Shown here piece after piece: positions 1 through 10,707 of a stretch of DNA of 63,703 bases (position 1 is its first letter; every line of letters starts with the position of its first letter). The position numbers and the translations under genes were made by a program. The stretch lies in contig CAYUCE010000003.1 in NCBI GenBank assembly GCA_964443275.1, positions 1 through 63,703 on the forward strand. The letters run 5' to 3'. The notes beneath the pieces were generated by a model. It did no database searches, had not been told where the DNA came from, and saw nothing but the letters and a program-made list of their open reading frames with translations. The stretch is from an uncultured Thermotogae bacterium. Its GTDB lineage: Bacteria; Bipolaricaulota; Bipolaricaulia; CAYUCE01.

Positions 1-33
<33 letters not shown>

Positions 34-100
34 CTTTCAAAACTCACAATATAAGAAGATCGATCAACCTTGAAACAACGCTTAGTAACTGCACTATCTG

Positions 101-126
101 CTTTTCTTTTTTATTTTAAAGAAAAG
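101..126. terminator. AT-rich hairpin just downstream of the 16S end (possible terminator of the 16S unit)
   Basis: CTTTTCTTT / AAAGAAAAG 9-bp inverted repeat with 8-nt T-rich loop, lying between the 16S 3' end and the convergent proS stop. Confidence 0.3.
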
Positions 127-209
127 GCGTAACATAAAAGGGAACATGCGATGGGAATAAGTTTTTATGTTAAGGAAAGGATCTCTAACTAAAAACGGCA
201 GGCCAAAGA

Positions 210-1919
210 TTAGGTAAGTTCTCTCACTTTATTTACTATCTCTTCAATTCCTTTATCCATACTAATAGTTATTTTGCTTCCATTAGCTCTCTTTTGTATT
301 TCCACCTGGTTATTTTCTATTCCCCGCGGACCAATGATAATGCTTACCGGAATTCCTATAAGCTCGGCGTCATTGAATTTTACCCCTGCACTTACCTCTC
401 TATCATCGTATAGGCACTGGATTCCACTGGATTTAAGTTCATCATAAATTTGATCGCCCAACTCTTTTTGCTTTTGTTGGTCCGTATTCAATACCAAGAC
501 GGTGCAGGAAAAGGGGGCAACAGACGGAGGCCAAATTATACCCTTCTGGTCATGGTGTCTTTCAATAGCTGCGGCCATCAGTCTTCCCAACCCTATACCG
601 TAACAGCCCATGATAATGGGGTATTCGCGCCGATCTTGGTCCAGAAAATTGGCCCCTAGGCTGGCGCTGTATTTAGTCCCCAGCTTAAAAATATGTCCCA
701 GTTCTATCCCATTAAGTATTTCTAATTGACTCCCGCATCGCGGGCAGGGGTCACCATCACGTACATAAGCTATATCTACCACTTGATCGGCCTTAAAATC
801 TCGTGGGTAGTTTACGTTTTTGAGATGGTAACCTTCTTTGTTTGCCCCGGCTACCAAATTGGTGCTACAAGCGATGGACTTATCGACTATTACTTTGACC
901 CCCTCTTCTAAACCTATAGGTGAAGCATAGCCCGGAACGGCTCCTACCTTTTTTATATCCCCTTCACTGGCCGCCTCCAGTTCAGCGGACCCCAAAGCCC
1001 GGGCTAATTTACCTTCATTTATAGCCAAATCTCCCCGGATGAGGGCAAAGATGAGTTGATTATCCTCACCTTTGTAAAAAACCACCTTGGCTGTCTTGCT
1101 CTGGGGCATCTCTAGGTAGCCAGCTACTGCTTCTATGCTCCGCATACCCGGGGTGGCAACTTCCTCTATTTCTAGCTCTTCTTCACTGTCTTGGGGGTAA
1201 CCGCTCGATTTGGCGCTGTCCAGATTAGCTGCGTAACTACAGCTTTTACATCTGGCTATGTAATCCTCCCCATCCTCATTTATCTGCATAAATTCATGGG
1301 AATCCGAGCCCCCCATGATGCCCGGATCCGCCTCTACCTCAATGGGGTCCAAACCGCAGCGGCTGAAAATATTAATATATGCCTGACTTATCTTTAGGTA
1401 AAACTGATCCAGATCTTCTTTTGTAGCGTGGAAGCTATAGGCGTCCTTCATGGCAAATTCCCTAGCTCTTATAAGCCCACCTCGGGGACGGGGTTCATCT
1501 CTAAATTTGGTCTGTATTTGATAGAGCATCATGGGCAATTGCCGATAAGAGTTGACAAAGTGGCGTATGATGTCCGTAATCACTTCCTCGTGAGTTATTC
1601 CCAATACCATGTCCCGCTCTTTTCGATCTTTAAATCGGGCAAGCTCTGGTCCTACCGTGTACCATCGCCCGGTTTCCTGCCAGAGTTTGGCCGGATGCAC
1701 TATAGGCATCTGTAGTTCCTGACCCCCAATCTTGTTCATTTCATCCCTGATGATTTCGGCAATGTTAGTTAACACTCGCCATCCCAACGGTAGGTAACTG
1801 TAAATTCCGGCGGCCAGCCTTTTCAGCATTCCGGCCCGAATTAATAGTTTGTGACTTACCATCTGTGCATCTTTTGGATCTTCCTTCAAGGTGGGCATTA
1901 AGTACGTTGAAAGCCTCAT
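210..1919 (-). CDS. proS: prolyl-tRNA synthetase, bacterial type with INS editing domain
   Basis: 569 aa ORF. Class II motif 2 (FRDEPRPRGGLIRAREF) and motif 3 (GCYGIGLGRL) are present, with INS and anticodon-binding domains. GGGAGG SD upstream of the ATG. Confidence 0.95.
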   Translation of the reverse strand: MRLSTYLMPTLKEDPKDAQMVSHKLLIRAGMLKRLAAGIYSYLPLGWRVLTNIAEIIRDEMNKIGGQELQMPIVHPAKLWQETGRWYTVGPELARFKDRKERDMVLGITHEEVITDIIRHFVNSYRQLPMMLYQIQTKFRDEPRPRGGLIRAREFAMKDAYSFHATKEDLDQFYLKISQAYINIFSRCGLDPIEVEADPGIMGGSDSHEFMQINEDGEDYIARCKSCSYAANLDSAKSSGYPQDSEEELEIEEVATPGMRSIEAVAGYLEMPQSKTAKVVFYKGEDNQLIFALIRGDLAINEGKLARALGSAELEAASEGDIKKVGAVPGYASPIGLEEGVKVIVDKSIACSTNLVAGANKEGYHLKNVNYPRDFKADQVVDIAYVRDGDPCPRCGSQLEILNGIELGHIFKLGTKYSASLGANFLDQDRREYPIIMGCYGIGLGRLMAAAIERHHDQKGIIWPPSVAPFSCTVLVLNTDQQKQKELGDQIYDELKSSGIQCLYDDREVSAGVKFNDAELIGIPVSIIIGPRGIENNQVEIQKRANGSKITISMDKGIEEIVNKVRELT

Positions 1920-1940
1920 TGCTTCCTCCCGTTTTGTATT

Positions 1941-3002
1941 TTAGTTTTGATCATAACTTAAAATTAGTTCAACTAGCGCATCAACTGCCTCTTTTTCTTC
2001 TACTTTCTTGACTTTCTGGCCGTGCTGGTAGATCATGGCTTTGCGGTTGCCTCCCACCAGCCCGACATCTGCATCTTTAGCCTCTCCCAGGCCGTTTACT
2101 AAACAACCCATAATAGCCACTTTGATTGGTTTTTCAATGTGGGGTACTCTTCTTTTAGTCTCTTCCACAATCTTTTCTAAGTCTATGCCAATACGCCCGC
2201 AGGTAGGACAGGAGATAAACTGAATTCCTCTTTTTCTAAGCCCCAGGGACCTAAGAATTTCCCAGCCGGCGGTAACTTCCCTTCGGGGATGGCCGGTTAG
2301 TGATACTCGAATTGTATCCCCGATACCTTCTTCTAGCAAGGTGCCGATCCCCAGGGAGGATTTTATTATCCCTGCATCACCTGCTCCCGCCTCGGTAACT
2401 CCCAAATGTAAGGGATAATCTATTTTCGATGCAATTAGCCGATTGGCTTCTATCATCAGAGGTACTGAAGAGGATTTTAGAGAAACCACTATTTGGTGAA
2501 AGCCGTTTTTTTCTAAGAGCAGGACCTCTTTTAACGCACTTTCCACCATACCTTCTGCGGTCACCTCTCCGTATTTGTCTAATATATCCTGAGCCAGAGA
2601 GCCTGAGTTTACTCCCACTCTTATCGGTATTTTACAGGCCTTGGCGCTTTTTGCTACCTTGGTGATGTCACTTTTTTTGGTAATATTTCCGGGGTTTAGC
2701 CGAAGTTTATCCACCCCTTGATTGACGGCTTCTAAAGCTAACCTATAGTCAAAATGAATATCTGCAACCAGCGGGACGTCAATATCTTTTTTAATCTTCC
2801 CTAAAGACTTGGCTGCTTTCATGTCCGGTACCGCAACCCGAACTATTTCACAACCTGCTTTTTCTAGTTCCTTTATCTGCCCTACAGTCTCACCTACCTT
2901 ACGGGTATCTGTGTTGGTCATGGACTGAACAAGGATAGGGTTGTGGCCGCCTATTTTACGATCACCAATTTTAACAACTTTTGATTTTCTGATTTTTTCC
3001 AT
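1941..3002 (-). CDS. ispG: 4-hydroxy-3-methylbut-2-en-1-yl diphosphate synthase
   Basis: GcpE/IspG-like sequence (NPILVQSMTNTDT, CPTCGR). I prefer the ATG at 3002 (MEKIRK), which has a GGAG SD, over the ORF-track start at 3023. Confidence 0.93.
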   Translation of the reverse strand: MEKIRKSKVVKIGDRKIGGHNPILVQSMTNTDTRKVGETVGQIKELEKAGCEIVRVAVPDMKAAKSLGKIKKDIDVPLVADIHFDYRLALEAVNQGVDKLRLNPGNITKKSDITKVAKSAKACKIPIRVGVNSGSLAQDILDKYGEVTAEGMVESALKEVLLLEKNGFHQIVVSLKSSSVPLMIEANRLIASKIDYPLHLGVTEAGAGDAGIIKSSLGIGTLLEEGIGDTIRVSLTGHPRREVTAGWEILRSLGLRKRGIQFISCPTCGRIGIDLEKIVEETKRRVPHIEKPIKVAIMGCLVNGLGEAKDADVGLVGGNRKAMIYQHGQKVKKVEEKEAVDALVELILSYDQN

Positions 3003-4356
3003 GGGAATTCTCCACAATCTCACCTTCTAAAGTGCCGGGGGAGGTGGCTTTGATTTTTGTGGTTACAACTTTGCCCACTAATTTCTTTGCTCCTCTTACC
3101 GATACTGTCTTCATATCTTGGCTCTTTCCATATAGTCTACGGTCCCCATTTCGAGAATGTCCCTCAACTAATACCTTTACCGCCTTTCCCAATTTCTTTC
3201 GGTTATCCTCTTTATTTATCTTTCTCTGTAAATCAAGCAGCTTCTCTAACCGTCTTTGCTTTTCCTCTTCTGGGACATCGTCTTTTCTGTAGAAGCTTCT
3301 GGTATGTTCACGCGGGCAATATTTGAATATGTAAGAACCTCCAAATCTTACCCTCTTCATTAAATCCACTGTCTGGCGGAAATCTTCTTTTGCCTCTCCC
3401 GGATAACCAACTATGATATCAGTGGTGATATTTACATCGCGAATTTCCTCTTGGATATTATCGACTAATTTAATAAATTGCTCCCGCGTATAGCCTCTTT
3501 TCATATCGGTAAGTATTCTGTTGCTCCCAGATTGAACGGGTAAGTGCAGATGGTTGCAAATATTCTCGCTTTTACTTATCACTTCAATGGCACTTGCAGT
3601 AAAATCTTTGGGATGAGGGCTGGTAAATCGTATTCGAGGAATGTCGATTTTGGATATTCGCTCTAAAAGCCGTGCAAAACTCACCTTGGCCAAATCTTTT
3701 CCGTAAGCGTTTACGTTTTGACCCAAGAGGATAACCTCTTGGTAACCTTTTTGAGCAAGCTCGGTCACTTCTTTTAGGATTTCATCCATTGCCCTGCTCC
3801 TTAAAGGACCGCGGGCTCGGGGAACGATACAAAATGAGCAAGAGTTGCTGCATCCTTCGGTGATGGTTACCATAGCTTGGAAGCTGCTTTTTCGAAGGCT
3901 AGGTAAGCTATTTAAGCCGGTAGGAACTTCTTTTATGGCCGTAAGCTTTTGGGTTTTCCGCTTTTGGGCTTCCTCGATCAACCGGGGTACTTTAGCTATC
4001 TTGGAGGTGCCAAATACGAAATCTACCGCCGGGCTTTTTTCAAATAGCTCTTCCCGTCTTACCTGAGCCATACAGCCGCCTATGCCCAACAATATATGAG
4101 GTTTTTCCTCTTTTAGCTGCTTAATGATTCCAATCTCACTATAGACTTTATTTTCGGGCTTTCGACGGACAATACAGGTGTTGAAAATAATAATATCGGC
4201 ATCTTCAAGATTATCTATTATTTGGTAGCCACATGAGTTTAGCATCCCGGCGATGATTTCCGACTGATGTACGTTCATCTGACAGCCCCAGGTATGAATA
4301 TATACTTTTGAATATGGCTTATTATTTCTATTTTGCATGTTTTTTAATATACCCAA
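2971..4356 (-). CDS. miaB: tRNA-i6A37 methylthiotransferase (radical SAM)
   Basis: N-terminal UPF0004 domain (TWGCQMN), radical SAM CxxxCxxC (CSNSCSFC), TRAM C-terminus. An alternative ATG start lies at 4338. Confidence 0.92.
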   Translation of the reverse strand: MGILKNMQNRNNKPYSKVYIHTWGCQMNVHQSEIIAGMLNSCGYQIIDNLEDADIIIFNTCIVRRKPENKVYSEIGIIKQLKEEKPHILLGIGGCMAQVRREELFEKSPAVDFVFGTSKIAKVPRLIEEAQKRKTQKLTAIKEVPTGLNSLPSLRKSSFQAMVTITEGCSNSCSFCIVPRARGPLRSRAMDEILKEVTELAQKGYQEVILLGQNVNAYGKDLAKVSFARLLERISKIDIPRIRFTSPHPKDFTASAIEVISKSENICNHLHLPVQSGSNRILTDMKRGYTREQFIKLVDNIQEEIRDVNITTDIIVGYPGEAKEDFRQTVDLMKRVRFGGSYIFKYCPREHTRSFYRKDDVPEEEKQRRLEKLLDLQRKINKEDNRKKLGKAVKVLVEGHSRNGDRRLYGKSQDMKTVSVRGAKKLVGKVVTTKIKATSPGTLEGEIVENSHGKNQKIKSC

Positions 4357-4528
4357 GAGAGGCGGTTATTTCAACTGCCAGATTAGGTGCAGATTATGTG
4401 AGTCTTTCTCTGGATTAATATAGATATCGAATCTATGTCTTTGCCTATTTGGAGCATATTATTTTATACTTATCCGTTATTTTGTTAAATTTTCGCAAGA
4501 TCATGTATTTATGGAAAGAGGCAATCTT

Positions 4529-5257
4529 ATGAAGGAGATCGTCAGGACTACAGGCTTGACCAAAAAATTTGGCTCTTTAGAAGCAGTGAAGGATTTTAAC
4601 TTTAGGGTCAAAGAAGGGGATATATACGGTTTAATTGGACCAAACGGCTCTGGTAAAACCACCACTGTGCGTATTATCTGCGGCCTTCTCCTTCCCACCA
4701 GTGGTGAAGTGTATGTACTGGGACGTAAGATGCCAGATTACAGCATCTTACCTAAAATTAGTTATATGCCTCAGAAGAACGCAGTTTATACTGATCTTAC
4801 GGTGGAAGAAAACTTACGCTTCTTCGGTCAACTCCAGGGGCTTCCCTCAAAGGAGATAAAGAAAAGAACTGATGAATTACTGGCTTTGGTAAAGTTGGGG
4901 GGTAAGAGATCTGAACTTACCTCGAAATTAAGTGGAGGAATGGAGAGGAGACTTTCATTGATTGTTTCCTTAATTCCCGACCCCAAATTGCTTTTGTTGG
5001 ATGAACCTACTGCCGGGGTTGATCCAGACTTAAGGATTCTTTTTTGGCAGAGCTTACAAAAACTGGCTGAGCAGGGTACTACTTTGCTTATCACTACTCA
5101 TTATCTGGAAGAAGCTGCTCGGTGTGACCGGATAGGCCTGATGAGAAAAGGCCAGTTAATCAGAGAGGCTTCACCTGAGTCGCTTGCTAAAGATACGGGC
5201 AGTAAATCTTTAGAGGAGGCTTTTCTTAAACTTGTAGGCACGGGAGAGGCTAAATGA
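4529..5257 (+). CDS. ABC transporter ATP-binding protein (ABC-2 exporter type)
   Basis: Walker A GPNGSGKTT, signature LSGGMERR, Walker B LLLLDEP. The ATG at 4529 has an AAGAGG SD (ORF track starts at 4511). Confidence 0.9.
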   Translation: MKEIVRTTGLTKKFGSLEAVKDFNFRVKEGDIYGLIGPNGSGKTTTVRIICGLLLPTSGEVYVLGRKMPDYSILPKISYMPQKNAVYTDLTVEENLRFFGQLQGLPSKEIKKRTDELLALVKLGGKRSELTSKLSGGMERRLSLIVSLIPDPKLLLLDEPTAGVDPDLRILFWQSLQKLAEQGTTLLITTHYLEEAARCDRIGLMRKGQLIREASPESLAKDTGSKSLEEAFLKLVGTGEAK

Positions 5258-6492
5258 AGACTTTTGTAATCGCTTGGAATATGCTCAGGCGACTGAGCCA
5301 TGATTGGTTAACTATCTTTTTAATTGGAACTATTCCCATAATATTCATTCTCCTTTTTGGATATGTTTTTCTGGGTACTCCTACCCATATAAGGACAGCT
5401 TTAGTAAATTACGATACGGGGCAAATTCAGGCTAGGACCGAGGAATTTGGACAAATAAAGCTATCTAAGAACCTCTCCCACGGGGTCATCGAAGGTCTTG
5501 ATTCAAAAACTCTGAACTTGCACTCTTTTGAAAGTCTGGAGGAAGCCATAAAAATGCTAAAAGATGGTCGACTGTGGGCGGTAATTTTCTTTGAAAAGGA
5601 CTTTTCAAACTATCTTTTTAACCAGGTTATCCGGATTAAAGGCAAAGATCTGTATCAGTATGAGGGTTCCCAAGTTCACCTTTTGCCACAGGAGGTCACT
5701 GCCCCTTCTCCTCCCATTGATTTATATCTTGATAAGAGCAACTACCCGGTCTCTCAAACGGTAATGGGAACGGTAACCAACCAGATTCAAAAGAATTTTT
5801 ATAACTACCTTAGTGAGGAGGATAAGGATAGAGGTTCGGATTATGATTTTATCCAGGTTAACTACGTATATAGTGAAGAAGCTGGTTTGCTAGATTATTA
5901 CGCTCCGGGGTTGATCGGGTTTGCAGTGACTATCATAACCTCCTTTTTGACCCTTATTTCCATGGTTCGGGAAGAGCGGGATGAAATTTTAGAAAGGATC
6001 CTGACTTTCCCAGTTAGCCCCTGGGAGATCAGCTTAGGTTACACTTTGGCTTTCATAATCATCGGTTTACTTCAAGCTCTTGAGGTAATTGTCATCGCCT
6101 ATTTCATTTTGGGCATGATGTTTATGGGAAGTTTCGTTTTACTACTTTTAGTCATTATAATTTACATAATAGGTTTGCAAGGTTTGGGTACCCTCCTATC
6201 AACTTTGGCCAAAAACGAGTTTCAGGCTGTGCAGTTCACCTTGCTTTTAATTGTTCCCAGCGTTTTTCTGACCGGTGCTTTTTGGCCGCTTGAATCCTTG
6301 CATCCGGTCCTCAGGCCATTGGCCTGGTGTATACCTCTTACCTATCTTAACCAAGCACTTCGCTCCATAATGTTGAGGGGTTGGGGTCTGGCAGATATAA
6401 GTTTAGTGATTTGTGCACTAGCCCTGTTTGCAATTTTGATGTTGGGTGGCAGCATCTGGATTATGTCCAGAAAAAGGGGACATTTGGTATAA
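5254..6492 (+). CDS. ABC-2 family transporter permease
   Basis: ATGA start/stop overlap with the ATPase gene. N-terminal TM helix, large extracytoplasmic loop and C-terminal multi-TM region typical of ABC-2 permeases. Confidence 0.85.
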   Translation: MKTFVIAWNMLRRLSHDWLTIFLIGTIPIIFILLFGYVFLGTPTHIRTALVNYDTGQIQARTEEFGQIKLSKNLSHGVIEGLDSKTLNLHSFESLEEAIKMLKDGRLWAVIFFEKDFSNYLFNQVIRIKGKDLYQYEGSQVHLLPQEVTAPSPPIDLYLDKSNYPVSQTVMGTVTNQIQKNFYNYLSEEDKDRGSDYDFIQVNYVYSEEAGLLDYYAPGLIGFAVTIITSFLTLISMVREERDEILERILTFPVSPWEISLGYTLAFIIIGLLQALEVIVIAYFILGMMFMGSFVLLLLVIIIYIIGLQGLGTLLSTLAKNEFQAVQFTLLLIVPSVFLTGAFWPLESLHPVLRPLAWCIPLTYLNQALRSIMLRGWGLADISLVICALALFAILMLGGSIWIMSRKRGHLV

Positions 6493-6534
6493 ATAAAAAC
6501 CTAAATTGAGCTTGCCCGGTAATCTTTATAATCT

Positions 6535-6768
6535 TCACCTGAAAGCCACATGGGTGGTAGTCTTTTTCACCCCATCTATCTTCTGGATCTTATCAGCAAT
6601 TATTCTGTCCATGTCGGAGACGTTTTCTAGCTTCAAACAAACTATAGCATCGAAATCACCAGTGATTGGATAAGCCTCAAGAACCTCTTCCATTCCTGAT
6701 ATTTCATCTATGACCTGGCTGATCTTTCCGGTTTCTATATTGAGTTTGACAAAGACTCTAACTGGCAT
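6535..6768 (-). CDS. stand-alone Lrp/AsnC ligand-binding (RAM) domain protein
   Basis: 77 aa; ITGDFDAIVCLK and DGVKKTTTHVAF resemble Lrp/AsnC C-terminal domains. Confidence 0.7.
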   Translation of the reverse strand: MPVRVFVKLNIETGKISQVIDEISGMEEVLEAYPITGDFDAIVCLKLENVSDMDRIIADKIQKIDGVKKTTTHVAFR

Positions 6769-7028
6769 GCTCCACCTCCAATTCTCAAAGCATTGATCTA
6801 TCTATATAGTAAAGGTGATCTTCTTTCCCACACATTAAATTTTGTATTCCCTTTGTTAACTTTATCTATTGTAACAGTATTGTGTTGATTGATCAAGAAT
6901 CCGGTTATTCCTCTAAGCTCAGGTTAGTGCATACGCCGGTGGTCTTATGCCAGGCCTTTGGTAATTTGATTTAAACCGCCAAATTGATTAATTTTAAATG
7001 ATACAATTAAAGGTGGGGGTAGAGAGTT

Positions 7029-8195
7029 TTGAAGAGCAGATTATGGTTTATGTTAGCCGTGGTGGCTGTCTTAGTGGGTGCATTTATCTACCTCTGGTTT
7101 CAAGGGGGGTTAAGCCCATTTTCTAAAAGGAGCGAAGTAAATTTACTGATTTTGGGGCTGGATCAGGTGGAGGGAACCAGTAGAAGTGATACCATTATCG
7201 CAACCAAGGTCCGAAGGTCAAATATAGATGCAATATTTGTTCCTCGGGACATGAGAGTAAAATTCCCTAACGGGGAGCTTGACAAAATAAATTTCTCCTA
7301 CCATAGGGGTAAAGTAAAGCTAACTAAAGAGGTTGTTTCCTCCTTTCTAGATTTTCCCTTGCAGTACTATATAATCGTCGATTATCAGGGATTCGAGAAC
7401 ATAATTGATATTTTAGGTGGGGTGACTATTGATGTAGAAAAGGATCTTGACTATGAGGACGAATCTCAAAATTTGTATATTCATATCCCCAAGGGCAGAC
7501 AGCATCTTTCGGGCGAAGAAGCTCTCAATTATGCTCGTTATCGGGGTGAACTAGGGGATCTGGGAAGGATCGAGAGACAGCAAAAATTGATAAAAGCACT
7601 GCTTAATAAAGGAATACAGTTCAAAGGATGGGACAAGTTGAAGGAGCTTGTTAAAACAGCCTATCAATACATCGAAAGTAACCTCTCTTTAGTTGATATG
7701 TACGGGTTAGCCAGATTGTTGGAAGGGATAAGCGTTGATCAGGTCAGGATTGAGAGGGTTCCCGGAACTCCAGTGACCATAGAAGGGGTAAATTTTTTGG
7801 AACCGGACATTGTAGGAACAAAAGAATTGATAAACGAGCTAATGAAGGGGATGGATATACTTACCAATTCCGATATCAAGGTCAGCGTCCTTAACGGAAA
7901 CGGGGTTTACAGAATGGCTCACCAAGTGGGAGAGTATCTAAAAGAGAAAGGGTTCACCATCGACCATATTGGTGATGCTGACACCTATAATTACGAGCAA
8001 AACCATCTGCTTAATTTATGTCAAGATGAGAGAAAACTAACCAAATTAAAAAGAGCCTTGCAGGCTGAACTGAAAGTGGTGCAACCAGAGGGGTTTTCAG
8101 ATCATCTGGACAAGATAAAGAGAATAACCGGTTATACTTTAGGGAGTGAAGATTTCGTATTTATATTCGGGAGTGGGTTTAATATTGGTGAATGA
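7029..8195 (+). CDS. LytR-CpsA-Psr (LCP) family protein
   Basis: N-terminal TM helix, LILGLD...SRSDTII and ALNYARYR motifs of the LCP domain, LytR_C-like C-terminus. Confidence 0.85.
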   Translation: MKSRLWFMLAVVAVLVGAFIYLWFQGGLSPFSKRSEVNLLILGLDQVEGTSRSDTIIATKVRRSNIDAIFVPRDMRVKFPNGELDKINFSYHRGKVKLTKEVVSSFLDFPLQYYIIVDYQGFENIIDILGGVTIDVEKDLDYEDESQNLYIHIPKGRQHLSGEEALNYARYRGELGDLGRIERQQKLIKALLNKGIQFKGWDKLKELVKTAYQYIESNLSLVDMYGLARLLEGISVDQVRIERVPGTPVTIEGVNFLEPDIVGTKELINELMKGMDILTNSDIKVSVLNGNGVYRMAHQVGEYLKEKGFTIDHIGDADTYNYEQNHLLNLCQDERKLTKLKRALQAELKVVQPEGFSDHLDKIKRITGYTLGSEDFVFIFGSGFNIGE

Positions 8196-8532
8196 AAAAG
8201 TGCTGGAAAGTTTAAAGGAAGTAGTTACCTTGATAGATGAGAAGAAGGGAATAGAGACAAAGGTCTTTGACATCAGCGATCTATCAATCATAACTGATTT
8301 TTTTATTATTACCGAAGGTGACAATCCAAAGCAGATAGAGGCTATTGTGGATAACTTACTAGAGAAATTTACTCAAGCTCCAAGAAGTTATGAAGGGTTA
8401 GATAGAAAAAACTGGGTGGTCCTCGATTACGGTGATTTTATAGTTCATATATTTCAGAATGAAACAAGGCAGTTTTATGATCTGGAGTCCCTATGGGGAG
8501 ATAAAGAGGTGGACTTAAACGGGGCGGATTAA
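8188..8532 (+). CDS. rsfS: ribosome silencing factor RsfS (iojap)
   Basis: DYGDFIVHIF...R.FYDLE.LW motif. GTG at 8188 overlaps the LCP stop and is the likely start (ORF track starts at 8146). Confidence 0.85.
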   Translation: MNEKVLESLKEVVTLIDEKKGIETKVFDISDLSIITDFFIITEGDNPKQIEAIVDNLLEKFTQAPRSYEGLDRKNWVVLDYGDFIVHIFQNETRQFYDLESLWGDKEVDLNGAD

Positions 8533-8578
8533 ATTATATTCTAAAACAATTACTTTACTTAAGGAGGGTGATTAAAAT

Positions 8579-8887
8579 ATGAAAGATAGTCTGGAGGAAG
8601 TTGTCAACATAAGTATCGGAGCCTTTTCTTTAATTAAGGATAAATTTATAAAGGAAGTGGAAGATTTTATCGACCAGAAGAATTTTTCCGAAGAAGAAAA
8701 AGAGAAATTTAAACAGAAGCTGCTGGACAAAGCGGATGAGGAAAAAAGGCGGCTAAGAAAGATAATTAGCCAAAAGGTGGAAGACAATCTAGAGAAAATG
8801 GGGTTTGTAAGAAGTGAGAAAATCGAGGATTTAAACGAAAAAATAGAGAAACTAGAGAAGAAGATAAAAGATTTAGAAAAGAAGTAA
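8579..8887 (+). CDS. coiled-coil, phasin-like (COG3937-like) protein
   Basis: 102 aa. GGAGGG SD; N-terminal amphipathic segment then a K/E-rich coiled coil. Family assignment is by resemblance only. Confidence 0.5.
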   Translation: MKDSLEEVVNISIGAFSLIKDKFIKEVEDFIDQKNFSEEEKEKFKQKLLDKADEEKRRLRKIISQKVEDNLEKMGFVRSEKIEDLNEKIEKLEKKIKDLEKK

Positions 8888-8950
8888 TTTATTTTATCAG
8901 ATGATTAATCTGGGCGCGGAAATTACTTACCAAATCTTGACCATAACGTT

Positions 8951-10540
8951 TTGAACCTCCTTTTAGCCAGAGCTAGACGAATACTTGGAGTAGGTAGAAT
9001 CTTTGCTCGCCACGTAATTTCACACCTCTTTCGACGGTTGGTTCACCGAGAAGAAAAGTCCTTTGCTTGCAGGTTTAGGCTAATTTTGGAGGATTTGGGA
9101 CCCCTCTTTGTAAAGTTCGGGCAAGTAATGAGTACCCGTCCGGATTTGCTTCCTTCCGATTACTTGCAAGAGCTACAAAAGCTACAGGATGCAGTCACCC
9201 CTTTTGATTTGCAAAAAGCAAAACAAGCAGTGGAAAGGGAGCTTAACAAACCTCTGTCCGAACTTTTCGTAAAGTTTTATTCACAGCCCAAAGCCAGTGC
9301 CTCTTTAGCCCAGGTGCACAAAGCGGTGTTGCACTCCGGCAAACAAGTAGCAGTGAAAGTGCGAAGACCGGACATAGAAAAGCAGCTAGAAGAAGACATG
9401 GAAACGCTACACTATTTTTCGGTGATTCTTTCTCGATACATTGGATATTTTCGACGTATGAGATTAAAGGAGGCAGTAAGTGAGTTTAGAAGGATAGTCC
9501 AATTGGAGATCGATTTCTCTAACGAAGCCCGCAATATACAACGTCTAAGAAAGGCCTTTAGTGATCGTCCACAGGTGAAAATTCCCCAAGTGCATCACTC
9601 AACTTCCAGCCTGCTGGTATTGGAATGGATTGAAGGAACTAAAATTAGCGATCGGGAGAGGCTTTTAGGTGAAGGTTATTATCCTCCTGATCTGGCCCGT
9701 TTAATAGCCGGGGTTTGGATTGAGCAGATCTTTAAAAAGGGGCTATTCCACGCCGATCCTCACCCGGGTAATATACTCATAATGTCCAAGCGGAAAGTGG
9801 GGTTGGTGGACATGGGGGTAATTGGAGTGTTAAATAAGGAAGATCGGGAGAATTTGGCCAGCTTATTCCGGGCTATCCTTCAAAGAGATGCCGGTCAAAT
9901 TTATCAGCTGCTCATCCGGATGAAAGTTTTTAACCAAAATAATGAAAACAAAAACCTACGAGAGGAAATCTCCAAGCTCCTAAACAAATATTATGGGAAG
10001 AAGCTTCGGGAGATTAATCCGGGAAACTTGATATACGAAATAATGGGCAGATTATTTAGACAGTATGAGATTGATCCCCCTGTTCGATTTATCACTTTGG
10101 CCAAAACACTGGTAACCCTGGAAGCTGTTTGTGAAGACCTCGACCCGGATTTTGAGTGGACAAAGGTACTACAGAAAGAATTTGGTCCCCTCTATCTTAA
10201 AAAACTATTATCAATGAACTTGATTGAACAATTGATAGGCTTTTTTACTTTGCCCCAGCGGGTAGATCGGATATTGGAGCTGATCGAGGAGGATAAAGGC
10301 ACAGATCTGCCGAATTATAGGGCCAGGAAGCAACCGACAAAATCCTACCCTGGTTGGAGCAGGAGTCTTTCCTTGGGGTTGGTGGCTTTTTCGTTGATAT
10401 TAGGTTCAAGTTTTCTTATCACAGAAGGTGCAGGCCCTCTTTGGAAGGGTGTTTCAGTCTTGGGGCTTGCGGGATATCTTGCCGGTGGATTTGTCAGCCT
10501 GCTACTGTTGACAAGAATTTTCATATCTGATAGAATTTAG
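8951..10540 (+). CDS. UbiB/ABC1/AarF family atypical kinase
   Basis: FVKFGQ..STRPDL, ASLAQVH, VAVKV.RP, HADPHPGN motifs; C-terminal TM helices. Confidence 0.85.
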   Translation: MNLLLARARRILGVGRIFARHVISHLFRRLVHREEKSFACRFRLILEDLGPLFVKFGQVMSTRPDLLPSDYLQELQKLQDAVTPFDLQKAKQAVERELNKPLSELFVKFYSQPKASASLAQVHKAVLHSGKQVAVKVRRPDIEKQLEEDMETLHYFSVILSRYIGYFRRMRLKEAVSEFRRIVQLEIDFSNEARNIQRLRKAFSDRPQVKIPQVHHSTSSLLVLEWIEGTKISDRERLLGEGYYPPDLARLIAGVWIEQIFKKGLFHADPHPGNILIMSKRKVGLVDMGVIGVLNKEDRENLASLFRAILQRDAGQIYQLLIRMKVFNQNNENKNLREEISKLLNKYYGKKLREINPGNLIYEIMGRLFRQYEIDPPVRFITLAKTLVTLEAVCEDLDPDFEWTKVLQKEFGPLYLKKLLSMNLIEQLIGFFTLPQRVDRILELIEEDKGTDLPNYRARKQPTKSYPGWSRSLSLGLVAFSLILGSSFLITEGAGPLWKGVSVLGLAGYLAGGFVSLLLLTRIFISDRI

Positions 10541-10607
10541 CTTGAGTTCTAGTAAACCTACTTTAAAATCTGGTAAAAAGTAGGGAAAAATAGTTTATAC
10601 CGAGTCC

Positions 10608-10636
10608 TTGACAAACCAGAGGGTATGTGATATACT
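10608..10636 (+). promoter_or_regulatory. sigma70-type promoter of the 23S-5S-tRNA-Asn unit
   Basis: TTGACA (10608-10613), 17-nt spacer, TATACT (10631-10636), about 105 nt upstream of mature 23S. Confidence 0.6.
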
Positions 10637-10695
10637 GACTTTGCTCACACATACCTTATAAACGATCTTAATAATTAGCTTGTGAAAGAGCCATG

Positions 10696-10707
10696 GTTCT
10701 TTGAAAA
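10696..10707 (+). promoter_or_regulatory. boxA-like antitermination element in the rRNA leader
   Basis: GTTCTTTGAAAA matches 9 of 12 positions of the boxA consensus GCTCTTTAACAA and sits in the expected leader position. Confidence 0.3.
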